In this document: in pieces, positions 28,983 through 36,220 of the stretch
Position numbering within the stretch: the first letter of the stretch is position 1
Layout of the letters: every line of letters starts with the position of its first letter
IMG/VR virus record: IMGVR_UViG_3300036985_003763
Coordinates: 1 to 53,196 of that record
Strand: one strand, 5' to 3'
Source of the DNA: a virus
Lineage: Duplodnaviria > Caudoviricetes
Length of the DNA stretch: 53,196 bases
The notes under the pieces: generated by a model
Told to the model about the DNA's origin: nothing
Databases searched by the model: none
What the model saw: only the letters and a program-made list of their open reading frames with translations
Made by a program: the position numbers and the translations under genes

Positions 28983-29975
28983 CTACCTATTGTATACACC
29001 AATGCCAGGCGTAAAGTATATTGGCGAGCCGTCTGTCTCACCGCCTTCAGTAACAGACATCCATTTATCATTTTCAGCAAGCACCATTTGTGCTTTATTA
29101 GCATCAATTTGCGGTATCTCAAAACATAAACGTGCCGCAAGTTGCCAAATAATGGCTTCATACCAACGTGATGGTAGCTCCATTGTTTCTGCTAGTGAGC
29201 CCACATCTTGTGGCTGACGATAGCGCCAAACAACTATCATATCTGTAGAGTTGTTGGATACTGGCCACACGCTAAATTGCGGATTGACCAATTTTTCGTA
29301 GTAGAAGTTTACTGATGGACGGCCTTGAATGTATTTATTAGGCAATGCTGCATAGTCGTCGCGGTTCATTTGCGGGACGGGTAACTCACTAATCATGTTG
29401 ATTAGCAGTAATTGCGTTGCTGTAAATGTTGCGCCAGACGCATATAGACGCCAGTATGTTGCGCCATTTGCATTACTTGTACCCACATCAAAATAAGCCA
29501 GCTGATTAACTGCTGGGAATAATGTGGTATCAATTGTGGTTGTTGTAGTCCAAGTTACACCATCTGAACTCGATTGTACGAGCAAATCAGAGGTTGGTAG
29601 GGCTGTTAACGTAAAACCGACGCGCACAATCGCCGTAGGAGACGCTAATTGTACTTGGTAGGTAGTAGCACTTGCACTATTCGTTCCCGTTTGATACGTG
29701 CACGTAGCGTAAGCCATATTGAGAATGTCGATAGTTCCAGGCGGCATTGGGTATACAACTTGGCCTGCAACTACTGGAATAATCTGTTTATCTACTGTCC
29801 AAAGATTAATACCCTTGGCGGATAGATTAAGTAAGAGTAAAAATAAGTTGTCTAGCGCTAGGCTAACAATTTCAGGGGTTTGCGCAGTGGCAGATATACC
29901 GCAACGACGCAAAGCGTGTTCAAGTACTTTCCTTGTTTCTACGGTGGTCCCACCGATTATCCCTGATGTTGTCAT
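28983..29975 (-). CDS. Head-tail connector protein
   Basis: GINLWT, YAALPNK...GRP and LPSRWYEAI motifs; position after capsid genes. Confidence 0.65.
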   Translation of the reverse strand: MTTSGIIGGTTVETRKVLEHALRRCGISATAQTPEIVSLALDNLFLLLLNLSAKGINLWTVDKQIIPVVAGQVVYPMPPGTIDILNMAYATCTYQTGTNSASATTYQVQLASPTAIVRVGFTLTALPTSDLLVQSSSDGVTWTTTTTIDTTLFPAVNQLAYFDVGTSNANGATYWRLYASGATFTATQLLLINMISELPVPQMNRDDYAALPNKYIQGRPSVNFYYEKLVNPQFSVWPVSNNSTDMIVVWRYRQPQDVGSLAETMELPSRWYEAIIWQLAARLCFEIPQIDANKAQMVLAENDKWMSVTEGGETDGSPIYFTPGIGVYNR

Positions 29976-30133
29976 TTACTTTTTCCGTTTAGGTAACTTC
30001 CTTTTCCCTGCAGCTTTATCCGCCGCCACAAAGTCTTTACCGACTTCCATTGGGATGCCTACTTTTTTAGAAAACTTTTCTGAATGCGCTACGGCGTCCA
30101 TTAGCTTTTTTGTGCTTTAGATTTGCTAGGCAT
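29976..30133 (-). pseudogene. Small basic late protein with a 1-nt frameshift
   Basis: MPSKSKAQK/KLMDAVAHSEKFSKKVGIP...; span is 158 nt; A6 run needs A7 to stay in frame. Confidence 0.7.
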
Positions 30134-30134
30134 T

Positions 30135-30419
30135 TTACACGTATAAAATGTTTACAGTGGCTGTACCACCGCATACAACATACAAACCATTTTTAGCTGC
30201 TATGCCTGGACCACCAAAGTGAATGACTTCGCCTACTGCTAATGATGATTTTGTAAACAATACTACACCTGAAGCTGCTGTATTATCGTAAACAGTTACT
30301 GTGCCTGACGTTGAAGCGGTTACCGTTAATCCATAAAACCCTGCTGGGCTACCTTTAACAAGTACGCCTGCCGCTTGTGTAACGACTGCATACCCTAACC
30401 TAGGTGAGATTGCGCTCAT
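30135..30419 (-). CDS. Small virion protein
   Basis: VTVYDNTAASG...PGIAAKNGLYV motif; AAGGA RBS. Confidence 0.7.
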   Translation of the reverse strand: MSAISPRLGYAVVTQAAGVLVKGSPAGFYGLTVTASTSGTVTVYDNTAASGVVLFTKSSLAVGEVIHFGGPGIAAKNGLYVVCGGTATVNILYV

Positions 30420-30443
30420 ATCTTTATCCTTTACTGATAATTA

Positions 30444-30471
30444 GGAAGCCCCAGGTTACCCTAGAGCCCCC
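30444..30471 (-). terminator. 12-bp hairpin with GUAA tetraloop (terminator or stabiliser)
   Basis: GGGGGCTCTAGG-GTAA-CCTGGGGCTTCC; G-U pairs orient it on the - strand; weak U tract. Confidence 0.55.
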
Positions 30472-30479
30472 AATCATAG

Positions 30480-31229
30480 TTATGCTGAGTACTGAGTTAA
30501 GCCTAATGCGCCAACACGTGTTGCGCTAGGACCTGAAGCAATACCTGCAAGAGCTAGAGCTACAACCACACGTTTAACACCGTCTGCTGCTGAAGGTAGA
30601 GTTAAGCGACCGCGTACATCACCTGTTGTTGCAGATACTGTTGTTGCGTCAGCTACTGTGAATGCTGATAAAGCAACTGCTGTGGCATTGAAGTTAGCAC
30701 CAACTACATAATCACGAACTGGTAAGCGGTATGGTAGACCTAATACATCGCCATAACCAGCAGTAATGCTTGTTGATGTGGCTGATTGAGTGATAGAGAT
30801 TACATACTTGTATGTTTTAACGCTTGTTACAGTTGCAGAACCAGCTGGGCCAGTAATTGTTTCTGTCATTTTTTGACCGTATTGGTCAAAACCAGTAATT
30901 GTGTATGTAACGCCAGCATTACTTGTGCCTGATGCTGAAGTCAATGTAACAACGCGAGGCACGTCTAATGTGTAACGGGTAACACCGCTTGGATCGTTAG
31001 TAATGGCTGTAACGCCTGTACCAGCTGTTAATGTTAAGCTAGTAGCACCAGTTGGTGATTGTGAAGCAGCTAAACCTGCTGTTTGTAATGTTAAAGGCAC
31101 AACATCCCAAATATAAACGCGACCCATAGGGCCTACGCCTAATTCCATTGGTGATGGACCTGCTGTATTTGAAGCGCCGTTAGTACCAGTAAAAACTGGA
31201 CCCAGCATTAAATCATCTGAAATTTGCAT
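30480..31229 (-). CDS. Minor capsid/decoration-type protein
   Basis: Ala/Thr/Gly-rich; highly expressed codon usage; follows MCP. Confidence 0.6.
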   Translation of the reverse strand: MQISDDLMLGPVFTGTNGASNTAGPSPMELGVGPMGRVYIWDVVPLTLQTAGLAASQSPTGATSLTLTAGTGVTAITNDPSGVTRYTLDVPRVVTLTSASGTSNAGVTYTITGFDQYGQKMTETITGPAGSATVTSVKTYKYVISITQSATSTSITAGYGDVLGLPYRLPVRDYVVGANFNATAVALSAFTVADATTVSATTGDVRGRLTLPSAADGVKRVVVALALAGIASGPSATRVGALGLTQYSA

Positions 31230-31298
31230 TTTATTTTTTCCTTATGGCTTGAACCACTCAGGTTAGTGGGCGGTACACGCCCGAATACATGCTTTATA

Positions 31299-31997
31299 TC
31301 ACACATCGCCAGTCTTCAGCAAGTAGTTTATCGCTGATTTTAAAAGTTTTTCGTCGTGTTTTAGCAGCCCAATTGCAGTGTTACATGCTGAACATAAAAG
31401 ACCTCTAATTTCATTAGTTTCATGACAATGGTCTACTGATAATGCAAATGTAACCCCTTTATTTTTATTTGTTTCTTCTTTCTTACATATTGCGCAAACT
31501 TTATTTTGTGTTGTAAGCATTTGCGTGTAATCTTCTAAAGTTATCCCGTATTTTTTTTGAAGTTCCTTATCTTTAAAATATTCAGGATTGTGTGTTCTAT
31601 ATGTTTTTTGGTTGTTTGCATTACTTTGCCTGCTAGTTAAATCTCTATTTTTAAGTGCCCAGCGCACATTGTCTTTTGCATATTTTTTTAAAGTGTCTAT
31701 TCTTTTTAAGGCATATGCATCTTGTGGTTTTTCACCTGCATCCTTTATAAAATTTTCAAACTTTTTCCATTCGTCACAAATCAACAATCCTTTATTTAAT
31801 CGCGTAATACTTCTCCAAGTATTATATAAAGGATGCTTACTTATATTTTCATCATTAATTATTTTTTTACCTACTTCATCTGATGTAGTGCCATGTCTTT
31901 TTAATCTTTTATAATGCTTTTCGCATAATTGTTTTGCACACTGTGGTGCGTTACAACTTATTACGCTACATTTTGGTTGCGTTGGAAAATTGCTCAT
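31299..31997 (-). CDS. Endonuclease VII-like homing endonuclease
   Basis: KYGIT...CAIC...LSVDHCHETNEIRGLLCSACNTAIG; N-terminal Cys/His finger; low GC. Confidence 0.9.
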   Translation of the reverse strand: MSNFPTQPKCSVISCNAPQCAKQLCEKHYKRLKRHGTTSDEVGKKIINDENISKHPLYNTWRSITRLNKGLLICDEWKKFENFIKDAGEKPQDAYALKRIDTLKKYAKDNVRWALKNRDLTSRQSNANNQKTYRTHNPEYFKDKELQKKYGITLEDYTQMLTTQNKVCAICKKEETNKNKGVTFALSVDHCHETNEIRGLLCSACNTAIGLLKHDEKLLKSAINYLLKTGDV

Positions 31998-32036
31998 AAA
32001 AAAATACCCTTACCTAGTTAAAAGTAAGGGTATTTT
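31998..32036 (-). terminator. 13-bp hairpin plus U tract after MCP that also buries the endonuclease RBS
   Basis: AAAATACCCTTAC...GTAAGGGTATTTT, then TTT-ATG. Confidence 0.7.
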
Positions 32037-32078
32037 ATACTACATTAGACTAGTTTACAACTAGTCTGGACAACTTGG

Positions 32079-33008
32079 CTACGTACCTGGTGTTCCAAAG
32101 ACTGTTCTCCAGTCGGTCCATCCAGAGCCAAAACGCATTGTTGTTTTGTAGCGCATAGAGTCAGTCTCGAAGTCACCTTCCATAGATTTCTCTAATTTAC
32201 GACGCCATAAAACTTTCAAGCCGTTTTGTGCATCAGTTGTAACCCACCATGCTGTACCTGATGTTAGACGTGATAGAACTACAACACCGCTTAACAAGTT
32301 CATTGATTGAACTGGGTTAAGGTCGTTGTTGTTAGTACCAGCGCGTAACACTGATTTCAACAATACTTCAGCTTGCAACATGTTTGCTGGTGCAACTGTA
32401 AGTTTTTGTGGAGTTAATGTGATCTTTTTGCCACGTGGATCAGCTGCTTGGCGGATTTGAATCAACATTTGTTCTAGAGATGTTTGAGACAAAGCTGCAG
32501 AAGTAGCTAATAAGTTAGAGGCTGAAGGATCACCAGCTGGAACTGCTAAAGCAGCTTGGTGGTTGTTAACGCACAATGCAGAGCCGTCACCGCCAGTGTA
32601 TGAAGCGTTAAATGCACGGTTCAAGTGGTTAGCTGTAACAGTTTCTAACGTTTCTGTCATTGATTGAGCCAAGTGTTTAGAGAAAATAGAACCAATACGT
32701 ACATGGTCACCATCTTCAACTAAAACTTTAGTCAATGCAAAGCCCATACCATATACATCGTATGGGTAACGTTTAATGAACAATTGACCGCCTTGATCAT
32801 AAGGAACGCGAGTGCCGTCCGGCATAACTGGGGCTGAGCCCATACCGTACAACATTGGTTCTTCATGGTAAGAACGTGCAATACCATTTTCTTCACTGAA
32901 AATTTGTGAATATTCGTCTTTACGTTGGTCGTATACACCGTCGAACACTTGGTTCAGAATCGGTTCTACAACGGCACGAAAGTCCGTACTTCTCATTGGA
33001 ATAGCCAT
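32079..33008 (-). CDS. Major capsid protein
   Basis: YTGGDG, ALSQTSLE, EGDFETDSMRYK...GWTDWR motifs; optimal codon usage; follows scaffold. Confidence 0.88.
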   Translation of the reverse strand: MAIPMRSTDFRAVVEPILNQVFDGVYDQRKDEYSQIFSEENGIARSYHEEPMLYGMGSAPVMPDGTRVPYDQGGQLFIKRYPYDVYGMGFALTKVLVEDGDHVRIGSIFSKHLAQSMTETLETVTANHLNRAFNASYTGGDGSALCVNNHQAALAVPAGDPSASNLLATSAALSQTSLEQMLIQIRQAADPRGKKITLTPQKLTVAPANMLQAEVLLKSVLRAGTNNNDLNPVQSMNLLSGVVVLSRLTSGTAWWVTTDAQNGLKVLWRRKLEKSMEGDFETDSMRYKTTMRFGSGWTDWRTVFGTPGT

Positions 33009-33024
33009 TTAGTTTAGCTCCTTA

Positions 33025-33597
33025 TTAAATAGCGTTAGGTGTGGTGATTACTTGGCTTTGTCCAACTTTTACACGTACGATGGTGAATGCATCACCCCAT
33101 GCGTTATTAGTTTGTTGACCAAGACCTAGAATACGCCATTGTCTAACAGTAGCAGCGCCAGACAGACTAGCTGACAAGCGTGTACCTGTTGTACCTGTAT
33201 TAGTGTTACCAGCAACGATAGTTGCATCGGCAGAATCACCGACAGCAGTAACAGGAATAGAACCAGCAGCTTGAACTTCGAAAATGGTGAATGGATCATC
33301 ATTAACGTAGAACACAATGTTGGTTGCACCAGTAGTAGTACCTGGCCAGTAAGGAGACTCTGTTGGTTTACCATTTGCATCAGTGTATTCACAACCAGCA
33401 AATACGCCAATGATAGCGTCTGAACCAGTTGAAATATTGATAACATCGGTAGTACCAGTTAATTTAACTGGATCGCCACGATAAATCGCAGCTGACGGAC
33501 CGTTTGCAGTTGTCGGTGTGTAAATGCTAACCGGCATGCTTAGGCCAGACGGATGATACACAGGTACAAAGCCCTGTGGAGCAAGTGTTGCTGACAT
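33025..33597 (-). CDS. Capsid auxiliary/decoration protein
   Basis: APQGF...IYRGDPVK...GVFAGCEY...DDP motif; directly before MCP. Confidence 0.7.
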   Translation of the reverse strand: MSATLAPQGFVPVYHPSGLSMPVSIYTPTTANGPSAAIYRGDPVKLTGTTDVINISTGSDAIIGVFAGCEYTDANGKPTESPYWPGTTTGATNIVFYVNDDPFTIFEVQAAGSIPVTAVGDSADATIVAGNTNTGTTGTRLSASLSGAATVRQWRILGLGQQTNNAWGDAFTIVRVKVGQSQVITTPNAI

Positions 33598-33617
33598 AAT
33601 ATATATCCTTTAAAAAA

Positions 33618-34181
33618 TTAAAATATTGGTGTAGGGCCTGATTTACGACCCAATTTTTCAAAGTCACCTTCTACAATGCCTAGTGAACGACCTGAGCTAT
33701 CTAATTCTTGAGTAGCACTAACGCGATCATAAATCGAGTTCTCTTGCTCATTAGGAATATCATGATGATAAATGGTCATCAAATCTTGATAGACCTCATC
33801 AGGAATCTTAAATAACAACATTTCGTTACAGGCTACACACCCTTCAAATTCACCCTCTGAAGCTGTAAACTGCGAACCAAAACCCGGTACTTCTGTGGAT
33901 TTTACTGGCATATAGCCACGCTGAATACGCTTATATACTGGGTCAGTACTGTTAGTTGTAGACAACCAGCAGCAATGGAACCCCGGAATTTTCGGCGGAG
34001 TAGGAAGCACTTCTTGTACCCAGTCACGACGCAACATCGCACGACGTTCTTCTGCGGATAGGGCACTGCCATCTTTGTTTACGCGGTTAGCATCCGCGTT
34101 ATCACGGGAGCCTCGAACGGCCTCACCATTAGACTTCTTCAAACGTTCGTCTGAACCTAGTACTTTATTGGTATCGCTCAT
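33618..34181 (-). CDS. Conserved head-morphogenesis protein
   Basis: LPTPPKIPGFHCCWL...RGY; between scaffold and capsid genes. Confidence 0.65.
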   Translation of the reverse strand: MSDTNKVLGSDERLKKSNGEAVRGSRDNADANRVNKDGSALSAEERRAMLRRDWVQEVLPTPPKIPGFHCCWLSTTNSTDPVYKRIQRGYMPVKSTEVPGFGSQFTASEGEFEGCVACNEMLLFKIPDEVYQDLMTIYHHDIPNEQENSIYDRVSATQELDSSGRSLGIVEGDFEKLGRKSGPTPIF

Positions 34182-34192
34182 TTCACTGCTCC

Positions 34193-35110
34193 TTATCGCT
34201 GACCGTTAGCACGGTCATATTCTTTAAAACGTTTAATGGCCTCTGCACGTTGCTTAGGATCATCCCACATACCACTATCCTTTAAAGCTGATACACGCTC
34301 AGAGCTCAATTTATATGTGCCACCATTTCCTGACGGCGCGCTTTCGCGGCCAGAGCCAGTGACAACTGATTTAGAACTATTATAATTAGTTTTACCACGG
34401 TGAGGTAAGTTTTTCTTCACACGTGCTTCCAACTCTTCCCAGTATTGCGGTGTAGTTGGAACCCAACCCTCACGCGCTAATTCACGGTCAATTTCAAGTG
34501 CACGACGTGAATCATTATCACCACCATTTGGGTCATACCATTTATTACGCTCCATCCATGCTTTAGCATGATTGACCAAGCGTGGGTCTAGTGGTTGTGG
34601 CTTGTTAGTTTTGCTTTGTTGATACGTTGACTTAACACGGTTAAGGTCTTCATATCGACGTTGCGCCAAAATCATTTTTTCAGTCGCGTCTGCAATGCCT
34701 GCGCCATCATTTTCTTGGGCAGAGATGGTAATTTGGTTTTTAAAGTAGTTATACGCATCCGCCGCTTCTTGAATAGAAGTCTCAATTTGAGCTTCCTCAG
34801 AACCTTGGTGGTGTCGTTCAACTACCGCTACACGACTTTGTAGTTCATTGATAATTTCATCGCGGGCTGCTAATTCACGTTTTAGTGAATCTTCACGCTC
34901 ACGCGCTGCACGTTTTTTATCTTGTCTTTCTTGACGTCTACGGGCACGAATGCTTTCCCTGTCACCGTCGTCATCATTGCTGTCGTCTGAAGAGTCTTGG
35001 TTATCATCACCGTCGTCTACTTCACCACCTTCAGCAAAATCTTGTTCGTCGTCATCTCCAACGTCTATGTCTTTGTCGTCTTCAATTTCGTAGTCTTTAT
35101 CTTCAGCCAT
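34193..35110 (-). CDS. Scaffolding protein
   Basis: Acidic N-terminus, coiled coil, WMERNKWY and C-terminal helix-turn. Confidence 0.75.
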   Translation of the reverse strand: MAEDKDYEIEDDKDIDVGDDDEQDFAEGGEVDDGDDNQDSSDDSNDDDGDRESIRARRRQERQDKKRAAREREDSLKRELAARDEIINELQSRVAVVERHHQGSEEAQIETSIQEAADAYNYFKNQITISAQENDGAGIADATEKMILAQRRYEDLNRVKSTYQQSKTNKPQPLDPRLVNHAKAWMERNKWYDPNGGDNDSRRALEIDRELAREGWVPTTPQYWEELEARVKKNLPHRGKTNYNSSKSVVTGSGRESAPSGNGGTYKLSSERVSALKDSGMWDDPKQRAEAIKRFKEYDRANGQR

Positions 35111-35121
35111 ACTAATTCTCC

Positions 35122-35529
35122 TTACAGAATTTGATCAAATGATTCAAAATTACTATCAATGATCATCTTGACGCTTACGTCATCGAATACACAAAAAATA
35201 GCTTTATCTTCTGAATCTGGGATTGGCACTTCAAAACGAAAGCCTCCCCAACGCGGTGCAATAATAATGTCGCCGATATTGGCCCATGCACCTTCAGTCC
35301 ACAATTCACCTGTTTCGCGATTGCGAAAGGCAATTTGCCCCACTTTAATAACCCGTGATACTTGCGTATTACCATTGTTAAAATCTTGTGTTTCGGAAGA
35401 TAGGATAATGCTGCCTACTTTCCTTTTTATTGTACGCAATTGTACAAGTACTTGCGCCCCGCAAGGTATAACCCCGGGGTCTACTTCAGGGAAGTGTTCC
35501 CTAATGTAGTCTTCTTTCGTTATTGCCAT
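35122..35529 (-). CDS. GroES-like co-chaperonin
   Basis: PCGAQVLVQ, GSIILS mobile-loop-like segment, VIKVG, GD, VFDD. Confidence 0.75.
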   Translation of the reverse strand: MAITKEDYIREHFPEVDPGVIPCGAQVLVQLRTIKRKVGSIILSSETQDFNNGNTQVSRVIKVGQIAFRNRETGELWTEGAWANIGDIIIAPRWGGFRFEVPIPDSEDKAIFCVFDDVSVKMIIDSNFESFDQIL

Positions 35530-35548
35530 TACTAACCCCTTTCAGAGT

Positions 35549-35749
35549 TTATGAGTTGCGTTCGGCCTCTTCGTCTTTAGATAATACAGCATCAATGATG
35601 CTTAAAGCGTCAAGTAGACCACTATAAATCCCAACCTGCACACCGTGTTCAAACGGGTCTGCTTTAGGAAATTCCATGCTACCATGGGCTTGCTCATCGA
35701 GCTTGCCCTTGATATTCCTTAGAATGTCACCGATTATACGGTCATTCAT
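35549..35749 (-). CDS. Hypothetical protein
   Basis: VGIYSGL helix motif typical of genes just upstream of phage groES; coupled start. Confidence 0.65.
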   Translation of the reverse strand: MNDRIIGDILRNIKGKLDEQAHGSMEFPKADPFEHGVQVGIYSGLLDALSIIDAVLSKDEEAERNS

Positions 35750-35964
35750 TATTTGTCTGCTGCTTCTTCTTCAACTGCTTTTTTAACAGCCGCTACTTTT
35801 TTAGCTGGCGCTTCTACAACTGGAGCAGCAACTTCTTCTAAGGTAGCATACGTTGGGTTTAAACCACCCACGCCAAATTTTGCATCGATGTACTCTTGTA
35901 CAGTACCATCAAACTCAAACTCTTCTACGTTACCTTTTGCGTATGTTAATTTTAACTTAGCCAT
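35749..35964 (-). CDS. Hypothetical protein
   Basis: TAATG-coupled ORF. Confidence 0.6.
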   Translation of the reverse strand: MAKLKLTYAKGNVEEFEFDGTVQEYIDAKFGVGGLNPTYATLEEVAAPVVEAPAKKVAAVKKAVEEEAADK

Positions 35965-36203
35965 TATTTACAACCTTTCATTAGACCACCACTTTTTTTA
36001 CCCATTGAAGCTTTAGCTTGTAATGCTTTAGCTTGTTTGAGCTCTGTCTTTTCTTGTTTCTCGCCACCAGCGCAAGCTGCCCCACCCTTTTTATACATCT
36101 TTGCTTTTTTGTCGTCGCCTGCGCAAGCAACACCACCGTCTTTGTACATTTTTACGCCAGGTTGTACTTGTCCTGATTGTTTACATTGTGCTAAACGTGC
36201 CAT
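35964..36203 (-). CDS. Small basic protein with KxGG repeats
   Basis: MYKDGG, MYKKGG, KKSGG; AAGGAG RBS. Confidence 0.65.
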   Translation of the reverse strand: MARLAQCKQSGQVQPGVKMYKDGGVACAGDDKKAKMYKKGGAACAGGEKQEKTELKQAKALQAKASMGKKSGGLMKGCK

Positions 36204-36220
36204 TTCTATCTCCTTAAAAT

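Noticed and set aside
31230-31290. tRNA gene
   Set aside because: Only a T-arm-like hairpin; no acceptor, D or anticodon arms
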